Positions 1-9,706 are shown, counted from the first letter of the stretch. The stretch: 64,000 bases of DNA from an uncultured bacterium (GCA_963822585.1 CAWGIE010000035.1:1-64000), one strand, 5' to 3'. The notes: a model not told the origin generated them from the letters alone. Numbers and translations are program-made.

Positions 1-564
1 GCTCCCTTCAGCGGCTTCATCTCCGCCAAAAAAGTCGAGGAGTTCGAGAATGTGAGCGCCGGGCAGCCCATCCTGACTCTGGTCGACCCCGGGAAGCTGA
101 AGGTGGATGTCGGCATCCCGGAAAGCCTGATCTCCCGGGTTAGGGAAGGGAATACCGTCTCGGTGGCGCTGGAGAGTCTTCCGGGCCGCGAGTTTCCCGC
201 CGCGGTCAGCGAGGTCGGGGTGGCGCTCGACGCCTCGACCGGCACCTACCCCGTTACGGTAGTCATACCCGATCCCTCTCCGGAGATCTTGCCGGGGATG
301 GCGGCGGAAGTGACCTTTACTTTCGGTTTTACCGGGAGCAAGGGGTTCGTCGTGCCGACTTCGGCAATCCTGGAGGATATCCAGACCGGCGACCGTTACC
401 TCTGGGTCGTGAGGGACGGCATGGTCGCCAAACGGGCCGTCAAGACCGGCGCCCTGGTTGTGGATGGGCTGGAGATCACCTCGGGGATCGCGGAAGGGGA
501 CGTCGTGGTGACGGCCGGGGTCCACCAGCTCGAGAAAGGGCAGAAGGTGAGGGTGCTGAAATGA
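1..564 (+). CDS. RND efflux periplasmic adaptor (membrane fusion protein), 5'-truncated by window edge
   Basis: Frame is open from base 1 (APFSGFIS...). It has MFP C-terminal motifs (IPESLI, LPGMAAEV, VVPTSAI, GL..GD.VV..G..L..G.KV) and lies directly upstream of an AcrB-family gene. Confidence 0.9.
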   Translation, partial: APFSGFISAKKVEEFENVSAGQPILTLVDPGKLKVDVGIPESLISRVREGNTVSVALESLPGREFPAAVSEVGVALDASTGTYPVTVVIPDPSPEILPGMAAEVTFTFGFTGSKGFVVPTSAILEDIQTGDRYLWVVRDGMVAKRAVKTGALVVDGLEITSGIAEGDVVVTAGVHQLEKGQKVRVLK

Positions 565-625
565 GAATAGTCGGTCCTGAAACACCGACTTCGTTATCGG
601 AGGGGGTTATGATCATGAAATATGC

Positions 626-703
626 TGGAGTACTGGAGTGCTGGAGTACTGGAGTAATGGGGGTCTATTCCATCATTCCATCACTCCATCACTCCATCAC
701 TCC
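626..703. repeat. Inverted 8-mer tandem array (TGGAGTRN)n ... (CCATCACT)n, family B
   Basis: tggagtac tggagtgc tggagtac tggagtaa tgg ... ccatcatt ccatcact ccatcact ccatcact cc. Related copies at 4497, 6425, 20878 and 37023. Confidence 0.85.
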
Positions 704-724
704 CCGACCGGAAGGGGTGACATC

Positions 725-3700
725 ATGAGCTTAACCGAATTCGCTCTCAAACGCAGCCGTCTCACCGTCGTCCTCCTCGTCGTGATCGTTTTCGGGGGGA
801 TCTCGGCTTATCTCTCGCTCCCCCAGTCCGAGGACCCTGAGTTCACCATCCGGACGGCGCTGGTCATGACCTACTTTCCCGGCGCCTCCCCGGAACGAGT
901 GGAGCAGCTGGTCACCGACCAGCTCGAGCAGAAGATCCAGGAGATCCCCGAACTCGATCACATCTCCTCCGAGTCGCGGACCGGGGTTTCCCTGGTCTTC
1001 GTAGATATCAAGGAGAAGTACACGGACATGCGGCCGATCTGGAGGAAACTCCGGGACAAGGTGGACGACGCCCGGCCCAATCTGCCGGAGGGGATCGACG
1101 GCCCTTACGTCCAGGATGATTTCGGCGATGTCTTCGGGATCATGATCGCCATGACCGGTGAGGGGTTCAGCCAGGCTGAGTTGGACGATTACGCTCGGGA
1201 CATCAGGAAGGAACTCCTGCTGATCGAGAACGTGGCCCGGGTCGATATCATGGGCAGCCAGGAGGAACGGATCTTCGTCGAGTTCTCCAACGCCCGTCTG
1301 GCCGAGTTAGGCTTGAGCCCGGCCCAGCTGGCCGATGCCCTGCAGACGGAGAACATCGTGCTTCCGGGGGGGTACGTGAATATCGGCCCCGACAAGATCG
1401 TGATCGAGCCGACCGGAAATTACGAGAATATCGAAGATCTCCGCGACACTGTCATCCGCCTCTCCCGGCAGGGGGGAGAACGGCTGATCTATCTGAAGGA
1501 CATCGCTTCCATCACCCGCGGCTACGTCGATCCCCCGAACACGATCGTTCATTACAACGGCCGGCCCGCCGTTCTTCTGGCCGTCAATATGGCCCAGGGG
1601 GGCAACATCGTTACCCTGGGCGGGAAGATCGACGCTTTTTTGAAAGAAGCACGTTCCGGCCTGCCGGTCGGCATCGACTTCAATTACGCGGCCTTTCAGC
1701 CGAAGTACGTCAACGACGCCATCAACGATTTCATGGTCAATCTTCTGGAGGGCGTGATCGCCGTCCTGGCGGTGATGCTGGTCTTCCTCGGCATTCGGAC
1801 CGGGCTGGTGGTGGCCCCCCTGATCCCGATGACGATGCTGCTGACGTTTCTATTAATGAACGCTTTCGGGGTCACTCTCCAGCAGGTCTCGATCGCTTCC
1901 CTGATCATCGCCCTGGGGATGCTGGTCGATAACGCCATCGTGATGAGCGAGGATATCATGGTCCGGCTCGAGAAAGGGGAGGACCGCTTCACCGCCGCCG
2001 TAACAGCGGGGAAAGAGCTGGCTGTTCCTCTCCTGACTTCGACCCTGACCACCTCCGCCGCTTTCCTGGCGATCTTTCTGGCCCGCTCGACCGTGGGCGA
2101 GTACTGCCGGAGCCTCTTTATCGTGGTCACCATGGCCCTTGTCTCCTCCTGGGTGCTTGCCCTGACCATGATCCCCCTCTTTTGCTACTGGTTTCTGAAG
2201 GTGAAAAAAGACAAGCCCCCCCAGGACTTCCGGGGAAAGTTTTACCGCACCTACCGGTCCTTTCTCCACTGGATGCTCACCCATCGCGCCCTGAGCATCG
2301 TTATCCTGCTCCTGGTCTTCATCGGGGTACTGCAGCTTTTCGGCTTCATCCCCAAGATCTTTTTCCCGGCCGCCGTCCGGCCCCAGTTCGTAATCGACTT
2401 CTGGCTCCCCGAGGGGACCCAATTCCGGGAAACCTATCGGGAGATGCTCCCGGTGGAAGCATTCCTGGAGAACCGTCCCGAGGTCGATAATTTCTCGATT
2501 TACGTGGGGGAATCGGCTCCTCGGTTCTACCTGGGGCTTTCCCAGGAACAGAGCAACGAGAACTACGCCTTCTTTCTGGTCAATTGCCGCTCGCTCGAAG
2601 GGATGGACCGGCTGATGAAGGATGTCTATCTCTTCATGGCCGAAAACTGTCCCAGCGTCAACCCGGTGGTGAAGAAGCTGGAGACCGGCGCCCCGGTCGG
2701 CGCCCCCATCCAGATCCGGCTTTCCGGGCGGGACATCAGCCCCCAGGGGATCAAGGAACTTTACCGGCTGTCGGATCAGGTCAAAGAGCTGCTTCGCCAG
2801 ACGCCGGGTACTCTCTCCATCCGGGATTCGTGGGGTTCCCCGATTAAAAAGCTTTATGTCCGGGTCGATCAGGCCCGGGCGCGCCGGGCCGGGATGACCA
2901 GCCAGGACATCGCCGTTTCGCTGCAGACCCAGCTGGCCGGCTACAAGGCCACCGAGTACCGGGAGGCGGAAGAGATCATTCCCATCGAACTGCGGTCGGT
3001 CCAGGCCAATCGGGTCGATCTGGGCAAGATCGAAGGGATGAACGTTTATTCCCTGAGCACCGGGCAGAGTGTCCCTCTCCTTCAGCTGGCCCGTCCCGAG
3101 TTTGCATCCGAGGTGGCCAAGATCGGGCGCCGGGACCGCAAAAGGGTGATGACCATCAAGTGCGATCTCGTCCCCGGAAGAACCGCCGCCGAGGTCCTGG
3201 ACGAGATCAAGCCCGGTATCGCCGCCCTGACCAAGGCATGGCCCTCCGGCTATGAGGTCGAGTACGGCGGCGAGTTCGAGGAGAACGAGAAAGCCAACCA
3301 GTCGATCGTGGACCAGCTGCCCATCTCGGCCTTTATCATCCTGATGCTGCTGGTCTGGCAGTTCAACTCCTTCCGCAAGACCCTGATTATTCTCATCACC
3401 ATCCCGATGGGCCTGATCGGCGCCATCCTGGGCCTCTTTCTGACCGGGAGCGAGTTCGGCTTCATGTCGATGCTGGGGATGGTCGCGCTGGCCGGGATCG
3501 TGATCAATAACGCGATCGTGCTTATCGACAGGATCCAGCTGGAAATAGAGGAGGGACAGTCCGGCCAGGATGCCATTGTTCTGGCCGCCCAGAAACGCTT
3601 CCGTCCGATCCTCCTGACCACGATAACCACGCTCTGCGGCCTTCTCCCGCTCGCCCTCCAGGGCGGCCCACTCTGGGAGTCAATGGCCTGGACGATTATC

Positions 3701-3814
3701 GGGGGGCTTCTTTTCGCCACCGTCCTGACCCTGGGGTTCGTGCCCCTGCTCTATTCTCTTTTTTTCAAACTGGCGTTTGAAAAAAAGAAGGAATACGGGA
3801 TTATAACAAAATGA
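725..3814 (+). CDS. RND efflux permease, AcrB/AcrD/AcrF family
   Basis: ~1030 aa with GMLVDNAIV, GIVINNAIVLID and RFRPILLTT motifs. Start moved to ATG 725 because the ORF-track extension is translated repeat. Confidence 0.95.
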   Translation: MSLTEFALKRSRLTVVLLVVIVFGGISAYLSLPQSEDPEFTIRTALVMTYFPGASPERVEQLVTDQLEQKIQEIPELDHISSESRTGVSLVFVDIKEKYTDMRPIWRKLRDKVDDARPNLPEGIDGPYVQDDFGDVFGIMIAMTGEGFSQAELDDYARDIRKELLLIENVARVDIMGSQEERIFVEFSNARLAELGLSPAQLADALQTENIVLPGGYVNIGPDKIVIEPTGNYENIEDLRDTVIRLSRQGGERLIYLKDIASITRGYVDPPNTIVHYNGRPAVLLAVNMAQGGNIVTLGGKIDAFLKEARSGLPVGIDFNYAAFQPKYVNDAINDFMVNLLEGVIAVLAVMLVFLGIRTGLVVAPLIPMTMLLTFLLMNAFGVTLQQVSIASLIIALGMLVDNAIVMSEDIMVRLEKGEDRFTAAVTAGKELAVPLLTSTLTTSAAFLAIFLARSTVGEYCRSLFIVVTMALVSSWVLALTMIPLFCYWFLKVKKDKPPQDFRGKFYRTYRSFLHWMLTHRALSIVILLLVFIGVLQLFGFIPKIFFPAAVRPQFVIDFWLPEGTQFRETYREMLPVEAFLENRPEVDNFSIYVGESAPRFYLGLSQEQSNENYAFFLVNCRSLEGMDRLMKDVYLFMAENCPSVNPVVKKLETGAPVGAPIQIRLSGRDISPQGIKELYRLSDQVKELLRQTPGTLSIRDSWGSPIKKLYVRVDQARARRAGMTSQDIAVSLQTQLAGYKATEYREAEEIIPIELRSVQANRVDLGKIEGMNVYSLSTGQSVPLLQLARPEFASEVAKIGRRDRKRVMTIKCDLVPGRTAAEVLDEIKPGIAALTKAWPSGYEVEYGGEFEENEKANQSIVDQLPISAFIILMLLVWQFNSFRKTLIILITIPMGLIGAILGLFLTGSEFGFMSMLGMVALAGIVINNAIVLIDRIQLEIEEGQSGQDAIVLAAQKRFRPILLTTITTLCGLLPLALQGGPLWESMAWTIIGGLLFATVLTLGFVPLLYSLFFKLAFEKKKEYGIITK

Positions 3815-3865
3815 TTTCCGGCCCCGAATGAAATTCGGGGGAGACCAGGACGATTCGGAGAAAAA

Positions 3866-3980
3866 GGTAATCAGTGATCGGTGATCAGTAATCGGTTGGC
3901 CGGTTCCCGGAGTTGTTTTTCTGGTCACTGATTACCTGATTACCTGATTACTGATTACTGATTACTAATTACCGATTACT
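3866..3980. repeat. Inverted heptad array (AGTAATC)n ... (GATTACT)n, family A
   Basis: ggtaatc agtgatc ggtgatc agtaatc ... gattact gattact gattact, between convergent genes. Copies at 9128, 18916, 35582 and 51483. Confidence 0.85.
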
Positions 3981-4026
3981 ATCCTTGTGCCGAGGCGGGA
4001 GAGAAATACCACGAAGATGATTCCGC

Positions 4027-4368
4027 TTACAGGAAGCGGACGAAGCGGTTCCGCTCGTCCACCAGGACGCTCAAGGGCTTGATGGAGGTGTCGCCGAGCT
4101 CGAAGCCCATGACGATGACCTGGTCCCCCTCGCTGATCAGATGGGCGGAAGCCCCGTTCATGCAGATAATACCGCTTCCGCGCGTGCCCCGGATCACGTA
4201 GGTCTCAACCCGGGCGCCGTTGGTATTATCGACCACCAGAACTTTCTCCCCGATCATGAAGCCGGCCTTCTCGATCAGGTCTTCATCAATGGTGATGGAC
4301 CCGATGTAATCAAGGTTTGCTTCAGTGACCGTGGCCCGGTGAATTTTGGAACGCAGAAACCATCTCAT
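4027..4368 (-). CDS. panD: Aspartate 1-decarboxylase
   Basis: [16 protein letters not shown] autocleavage site, NGAR.ETYVI, G.IC.NGA.AHL. Confidence 0.96.
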   Translation of the reverse strand: MRWFLRSKIHRATVTEANLDYIGSITIDEDLIEKAGFMIGEKVLVVDNTNGARVETYVIRGTRGSGIICMNGASAHLISEGDQVIVMGFELGDTSIKPLSVLVDERNRFVRFL

Positions 4369-4399
4369 TTAAAATCAGCGCCTTTGGCGCTGATTTTAA
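4369..4399. repeat. Perfect 14-bp-arm palindrome abutting the panD start codon
   Basis: TTAAAATCAGCGCC-TTT-GGCGCTGATTTTAA. Confidence 0.8.
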
Positions 4400-4496
4400 T
4401 ATATACTTCTTCAGCGCCGTTAGGGTAAATCTATGGTAATCAATTGTCGGCAGTATAGTAAGAGCTTGCTATAACGTCAACCGAACAATACATGGA

Positions 4497-4587
4497 TGGA
4501 GTAATGGCATTATCAAGTATGGGATTGATGGATTCGTAATAGAGCTTGCTCCCCTTTATCCCATTATTCCGGTACTCCATCACTCCG
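4497..4587. repeat. Degenerate family B inverted 8-mer array
   Basis: tggagtaatgg... / ...ccattattccggtactccatcactcc. Confidence 0.6.
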
Positions 4588-4602
4588 GTATTCCGCTTTT
4601 CC

Positions 4603-5100
4603 ATGAGCATTATCTGGCAGATCCTGATCTGGTTTACCGTGACGGTTTTTTTCCTAACCGGTTTGGCCGGGAGCATTATCCCCGGGATGCCCGGGCCGCC
4701 CCTGGTCTTCGCTGGAGCGCTTTTTTACGGCCTGGTCACCGGCTTTGCCGAAACGGGCTGGGCGGTGCTGCTGGTGCTGGGGCTGCTCGCGGCCCTCTCT
4801 CAGGTCCTCGACTATCTGGCCTCCGCCTACGGCGCCCGCAAGTTCGGAGGAAGCGGCTGGGGCATCTGGGGCTCGATCCTGGGCGGTTTGGTCGGCTTTA
4901 TTATTTTTAATATCGTCGGAATGATTATAGGACTTTTCGCGGGCGCGGTTTTGATGGAGCTGTGGAAGGGAAAGAAAGAGACGGTTGACGCCCTGAAAGT
5001 GGGGGGAGGAAGCCTGCTGGGTTTTCTGGGCGGGACATTGATGAAGGTGATCTTCAGCCTCCTGATGATCGGTCTCTTCGCGGCCGATCTCTTAAGATGA
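4603..5100 (+). CDS. DUF456-family membrane protein
   Basis: G..G.I.P..PG..L, DY.A..YGA.KFGGS..G..G...G and G.F.GA...E pattern. Start at ATG 4603 (the upstream part is repeat). Confidence 0.85.
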   Translation: MSIIWQILIWFTVTVFFLTGLAGSIIPGMPGPPLVFAGALFYGLVTGFAETGWAVLLVLGLLAALSQVLDYLASAYGARKFGGSGWGIWGSILGGLVGFIIFNIVGMIIGLFAGAVLMELWKGKKETVDALKVGGGSLLGFLGGTLMKVIFSLLMIGLFAADLLR

Positions 5101-5119
5101 GCATCAGCCCGTTTTAAGG

Positions 5120-5148
5120 TTGACTCCCCGAAGGGAAATCCTTATTAT
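5120..5148 (+). promoter_or_regulatory. Putative sigma70 promoter for the carbamoyltransferase operon
   Basis: TTGACT-17 bp-TATTAT. Confidence 0.55.
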
Positions 5149-5295
5149 CTTTGGGCTCCGCCAAAATAGTGGAGCGGAATCATGACATTGTTGTTGATCA
5201 GACTGGCCTGAGCGGTGCGGCTGTCTCCAGCGATGCCGACCCGAAAATAAAATAAATTTACGCCGGAGGCGGAAATTTAAAAGGAGGATGCACCA

Positions 5296-6366
5296 ATGGG
5301 AAAGTTGAAAGGCAAGGATTTAATCTGTACCCAGGAATGGTCGAAGGAGGATCTGGACCGGATCTTCAAACTCGCCTTCGAGATGAAGCAGGATCGCTTC
5401 GGAGATAAGTATCTCGATATTCTCTTTCGGAAGCAGTTCTTCATGTTTTTCTTCAACCCCTCGGTGCGGACCCGGCAGTCATTCGAGGCCGCCGCGACCG
5501 AACTCGGCGCTCACGCCCAGTTCCTGGAGCCGTCAGCCATGCGTCTGAAAACCGCCAAATCGGCCGGAGAGACGATCGAGGACGCGGCCCAGGTGATGGA
5601 CCGCTACGCTTTCGGCCTCGGGATCCGGATGCTGGAAGGCAAGGTCACCTATTACGGGGAAGGAGACGCCCTCATCCGCGAGTACGCAAAATACACTAAA
5701 ATGCCGGTCATCTCGATGGCCCACGACAAGTTCCATCCCTGCCAGGGGGTGGCTGATCTGATGGGCTGGATCGAGTGGCTGGCCGAGGACGGGAAATTAA
5801 ATACCGGCTCCCTGGCTAAGACCTTCGAGCCGGACGCGCTGGCCGGGAAGAAGCTGCTCATCACCTGGGCGCAGGGCGCGCTCTGCCGTTCGCTCTGTTC
5901 GGCCCAGGAAGCGGCTCTGATCGGCAGCCGCTATGGGATGGACGTGACCATCGCCCACCCGGAAGGGTATGATCTCGATCCAAAAGTGATTGCCGCCGCC
6001 CGGGCCAACTGCGAGGCGACCGGCAGCGAGTTCGAGGTGACGCACGACCCGGAAGCGGGCTACCAGGGAGCCCATGTAGTTTACTCCCGGAACTGGATGA
6101 GCCCGAATGCCTACCAGGACGGCGAGCTTCAGAAGGAGGCGGAAGTAGCCAAGGCCAAGACCTATACCGACTGGACCTGTACCGCCGCCCGGATGGCCCT
6201 GACCGATAACGGGATCTTCACCCACCCGATGCCGATCGATCGTGGTTCCGAGGTGGAGGACGCGGTGGCCAGCGGCCCCAACTCCTGCATTTTCGATGTC
6301 GCCGAGAACCGGCTCCACGGCCAGAAAGCGATCATGGCCGCCACCATGGGAGGGTTTTTGGATTAA
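5296..6366 (+). CDS. Ornithine/acyl-ornithine-type carbamoyltransferase (substrate uncertain)
   Basis: FFNPSVRTRQSF carbamoyl-phosphate motif, HPCQ, HPMP..RG.EV, AENRLH.QKA. Strong SD AAGGAGG. Confidence 0.88.
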   Translation: MGKLKGKDLICTQEWSKEDLDRIFKLAFEMKQDRFGDKYLDILFRKQFFMFFFNPSVRTRQSFEAAATELGAHAQFLEPSAMRLKTAKSAGETIEDAAQVMDRYAFGLGIRMLEGKVTYYGEGDALIREYAKYTKMPVISMAHDKFHPCQGVADLMGWIEWLAEDGKLNTGSLAKTFEPDALAGKKLLITWAQGALCRSLCSAQEAALIGSRYGMDVTIAHPEGYDLDPKVIAAARANCEATGSEFEVTHDPEAGYQGAHVVYSRNWMSPNAYQDGELQKEAEVAKAKTYTDWTCTAARMALTDNGIFTHPMPIDRGSEVEDAVASGPNSCIFDVAENRLHGQKAIMAATMGGFLD

Positions 6367-6424
6367 CGACATCCCGGGAACAGAAACGGTACCGGGAATT
6401 GATCATAACCGAACATCATAGACA

Positions 6425-6515
6425 TGGAGTATTGGAGTGATGGAGTGATGGAGTGATGGGAAACCGGCTGTTGCGGTGACCCCACCACTCCAATACTCCA
6501 TCACTCCATTACTCC
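6425..6515. repeat. Family B inverted 8-mer array
   Basis: tggagtat tggagtga tggagtga tggagtga tgg ... ccactcc aatactcc atcactcc attactcc. Confidence 0.88.
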
Positions 6516-6589
6516 TTAATAGTTGCCCGAGCCGCGATAAAATAAATAATACGGGTGGTCCGGGTTATTCGTTTAAAAGGAGAACGTAG

Positions 6590-7561
6590 ATGAGAAAAGT
6601 TATTGTAATCGCTCTCGGCGGGAACGCCATCAAGCAGGCCGACGAGAAGGGCACCGCGGAGGAGCAGCGCAAGAATGTGGCCACCACCTGTACGCAGCTG
6701 GTCGGCATGCTCAAGTATGGACACCGCCTGGTAATCACTCACGGAAACGGTCCCCAGGCCGGCAACCTCCTCATTCAGCAGGAAGCCGGCACGGCCGAAG
6801 TCCCGGCCCAGCCCCTGGATATCGTGGGGGCCATGACCCAGGGCCAGATCGGCTACATGTTCCAGCAGACACTGCAGAATATGCTCTGGGAGGAACGGCT
6901 TGCCCTCCCGGTCGTTTCGATCGTCAACCAGGTCCTGGTCAGCGAGGATGATCCCGATTACCAGGACCCCAGCAAGCCGGTGGGCCCCTTCTACACCAAA
7001 GAGGAGGCCGCAAAGATCAAAGCCGAGCGGCCGGACTACGTCATCAAGGAGGTCAAGCCGGAGAACGTCGAGAAGCGTTTCCGGCGTGTCGTCGCCTCGC
7101 CCGAACCGCTCCGTAACATCGAGTACGTCGCCATCCGTCGGATGGTCGATCAGGGGATCGTGGTCATCGCCTCCGGCGGCGGCGGGGTCCCGGTGATCTT
7201 CGACGAGAATAAGAACCTGAAGGGCACCGCCGCAGTTATTGATAAGGACAAAGCCGGCGAGGTTCTGGCCACGGTCGTGGGGGCCGATATCTTCCTGGTC
7301 CTGACCGATGTCGCCCATGCCAAGATCAACTTCGGCAAGCCGGACGAGAAGGATGTCGGGTGTATTACCTACTCGGAGATGAAGAAGCTTTATGACCAGG
7401 GGCATTTCAAAGCCGGGAGCATGGGGCCGAAAGTTCTGGCCTGCCTCCGGTTCATCGAGTGGGGCGGACAGAAGGCCATCATCACCAGCCTCGACAAAGC
7501 GATCGGCGCCCTGATGGACCAGTGCGGGACCCGGATCCTGCCCGACGTGGTCTGCGGGTAA
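6590..7561 (+). CDS. arcC: Carbamate kinase
   Basis: ALGGNA, THGNGPQ, KPVGPFY, RRVVASP.P, GGGGVP, AVIDKD, GSMGPK. Confidence 0.96.
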   Translation: MRKVIVIALGGNAIKQADEKGTAEEQRKNVATTCTQLVGMLKYGHRLVITHGNGPQAGNLLIQQEAGTAEVPAQPLDIVGAMTQGQIGYMFQQTLQNMLWEERLALPVVSIVNQVLVSEDDPDYQDPSKPVGPFYTKEEAAKIKAERPDYVIKEVKPENVEKRFRRVVASPEPLRNIEYVAIRRMVDQGIVVIASGGGGVPVIFDENKNLKGTAAVIDKDKAGEVLATVVGADIFLVLTDVAHAKINFGKPDEKDVGCITYSEMKKLYDQGHFKAGSMGPKVLACLRFIEWGGQKAIITSLDKAIGALMDQCGTRILPDVVCG

Positions 7562-7582
7562 CGGCGCCCGGCTCGAATAATC

Positions 7583-7865
7583 AGCCACCAAGGCCCTAAG
7601 GAAAAGATAGAGCTTACTCAAAAAGCTCATAAGCTCTCAAATCCTAATATCTAAATACTAAATCCTAAATAATATCAAATGACCAAAATCACAAATTCAA
7701 AACAATTTCGCACCGCCCCGCGATATTTGGATATTTGGTCATTTGGATTTTGGATTTATTTAGGATTTCGATATTAGGATTTCCTGCTCGAAAACCTTTT
7801 CGAACAGGGTTAAGCTAAAAAGGGGTACATGAGATACCCATCTTCTTCCTTGGTGTCTTGGTGGC
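7583..7865. repeat. Family D-like inverted 9-mer arms enclosing a family C element
   Basis: gccaccaagg ccctaagg ... ccttggtgtcttggtggc arms flank the 7608-7813 element. Confidence 0.6.
7608..7813 (+). mobile_element. ~200-bp MITE-like element (family C), copy 1
   Basis: TA|GAGCTTACTCAAAAAG ... CTTTTCGAACAGGGTT imperfect TIRs with internal inverted (AAATCCT/AATATCT) heptads. Collinear copies at 18695, 29561 (reverse) and 50780. Confidence 0.7.
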
Positions 7866-7895
7866 AATAGCAGCGAGCAAAGCGAGTTAATGTAT

Positions 7896-9146
7896 ATGAG
7901 TGATAAGGTTCTGGGTTTAAGATGTCTTTCCTGCGGCAGCGAAGTCGCCGGCTCGGGGATGCAGTATCTTTGCGATGCCTGCGGGTGCAACTTCGATATT
8001 ATCTACGATTACCCGGCGATCGCCAAAGTGCTGACCCGGCGTTCCCTGGCCGAAGATCGCGACTACTCCATCTGGCGATACTGGGATCTGCTCCCGCTCG
8101 CCGACCGGTCGCACGTCATGCCGCTCCAGATCGGCTGGACGCCGCTTTACCGGGCCTCCCGGCTGGAAAAGAAGCTCGGCCTGCAGGCCCTCTACCTGAA
8201 AGACGACGGCAGAAATCCCAGCGCCTCCTTCAAAGACCGGGCCAGTGCGGTCACGATCTGTAAAGCCCGGGAACTTGGTTTCCCGGTCATCGCCGGGGCA
8301 TCAACCGGGAACGCCGCCTCCTCCACCGCCTGCCTCTGCGCCAGCCTGGGGATCAGTCCCACCATCTTCGTCCCGGCCGCCGCCCCTGAGGCTAAGATCG
8401 CCCAGCTCCTGGTCTTCGGGGCTACGGTCTACGCGGTGGAAGGCTCCTACGACGAGGCTTTCGACCTCTGCTCGGAAGTCTGCGCCGAGTATGGTTGGTT
8501 CAACCGGAACACCGGGTATAACCCTTACACCCGGGAAGGGAAGAAGACCGTCTCCTTCGAGATCTGCGAGCAGCTGGAGTGGGAGGTCCCCGACACGGTT
8601 CTGGTCCCGGTGGGGGACGGGAACATCTTCTCCGGAGTCTGGAAAGGCTTCAAGGATCTGAAGGCGGTCGGGCTGATCGATCGGCTTCCCCGTCTGATCG
8701 CGGTCCAGTCCGAGAAGAGTTCCGCGGTGGTCGACGCCGCCCAGGGGGACGGCGTTATCCGGCCGGTTCAGGCCACCACCATCGCCGACAGCATCTCGGT
8801 CGATCTTCCCCGGGACGGCGAAGCGGCGGTACTGGCGATCCGGGAGTCGCACGGCGCCGGGGTCCTGGTCAGCGACGAAGAGATCCTCAAATCCATCCTG
8901 ACCATCGCCCGGGGCGCGGGCGTCTTCGCCGAGCCGGCCGGCGCCACCGCCTACGCCGGGCTGGAGAAGATGCGGGCGGAGGGAACGATCGGCGACGACG
9001 AGACGGTGGTCTGCCTGGTGACCGGAAACGGCCTCAAGGACGTCAAATCCGCGATCAAGGTGGCCGGGAAGCCGATCCCGCTTAAGCCCTCCCTCGACGC
9101 CTTCCGGGCGGTTGCCGGGAAGGGGTCGGTAATCGGTAAACAGTAA
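7896..9146 (+). CDS. thrC: Threonine synthase-like PLP (fold type II) enzyme
   Basis: N-terminal Cys pairs, G.TPL, NPSASFKDR (PLP Lys), ASTGNAA, EGKKT, PVGDG, EPAGA, TGNGLKD. Confidence 0.82.
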   Translation: MSDKVLGLRCLSCGSEVAGSGMQYLCDACGCNFDIIYDYPAIAKVLTRRSLAEDRDYSIWRYWDLLPLADRSHVMPLQIGWTPLYRASRLEKKLGLQALYLKDDGRNPSASFKDRASAVTICKARELGFPVIAGASTGNAASSTACLCASLGISPTIFVPAAAPEAKIAQLLVFGATVYAVEGSYDEAFDLCSEVCAEYGWFNRNTGYNPYTREGKKTVSFEICEQLEWEVPDTVLVPVGDGNIFSGVWKGFKDLKAVGLIDRLPRLIAVQSEKSSAVVDAAQGDGVIRPVQATTIADSISVDLPRDGEAAVLAIRESHGAGVLVSDEEILKSILTIARGAGVFAEPAGATAYAGLEKMRAEGTIGDDETVVCLVTGNGLKDVKSAIKVAGKPIPLKPSLDAFRAVAGKGSVIGKQ

Positions 9147-9259
9147 TCAGTACTTCGCGGTAACGCGCCATCCGGGTTACTGGGGGAGAGGTTTTTTAAC
9201 CCGAGGTGACGGAGCCGCTTTTCCGGTCCAACCTCGATGCGTCCCCCTGCGGTGCCCGG

Positions 9260-9349
9260 CTATTTGCTTTCCCGGAGGTATCTTTCCTTGATCCATTCCC
9301 GGATCATCGGCTGATACCGTTCTTTTCTCCGCTGGGCCAGCTCAATCCG
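9260..9349 (-). pseudogene. Possible remnant of a CopG/BrnA-like ribbon-helix-helix antitoxin C-terminus
   Basis: Minus strand reads RIELAQRRKERYQPMIREWIKERYLRESK*. No start codon before an upstream in-frame stop. Confidence 0.35.
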
Positions 9350-9697
9350 CGATCCCGGTGGCAGGGAATCCGATCCCGCTCCAGCCCTCCCTCACCTTTC
9401 CGCGCTGCATTCGGCGCCGGAAAGGAAGAATCGAGCAAATCCTTCTGCAACATTTGACGACTAGTGTCCTTTATTACTTAGGGACGGCAACATCGGATCG
9501 GCAGCCGTTTTCCTCGGCGGTGACTCCCCGTAATGTTTCAAGCAGGAATCACGCCTTACAGGGCAGAACATTCGGCATTGACGTCCGAAGCTTACCCCGG
9601 TGTCGCCATCCTTTCATTCCTTCCGGGGCAATATGTTTGAGAAATATCCCGCATTTTACCGGATTGGTATGATGTTTGCATTTCTCCCTGGTAAATA

Positions 9698-9706
9698 TGT
9701 TATAAT
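9698..9706 (+). promoter_or_regulatory. Extended -10 element
   Basis: TGTTATAAT. Confidence 0.4.

Noticed and set aside
638..724. ORF-track N-terminal extensions (638, 4546, 20900, 24321, 37093, 38684, 54780)
   Set aside because: Most are translations of intergenic repeats (e.g. HHSITPSLHHS) and 38684 overlaps gspL. Better downstream starts match the family N-termini.
3866..3980. Tandem repeats as a CRISPR array
   Set aside because: Units are 7-9 nt, contiguous and inverted, with no unique 30-40-nt spacers and no cas genes in the window.
5296..7561. Labelling as the arginine deiminase (arcABC) operon or argF
   Set aside because: No arcA or arcD is adjacent and the transcarbamylase lacks canonical ornithine-binding motifs, so the gene symbol was withheld.
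6509..7630. Long antisense ORFs (e.g. 6509-7630, 28025-29158, 31741-33117, 43834-45486, 52616-54316)
   Set aside because: Shadow ORFs of high-GC3 genes, with no recognisable motifs.
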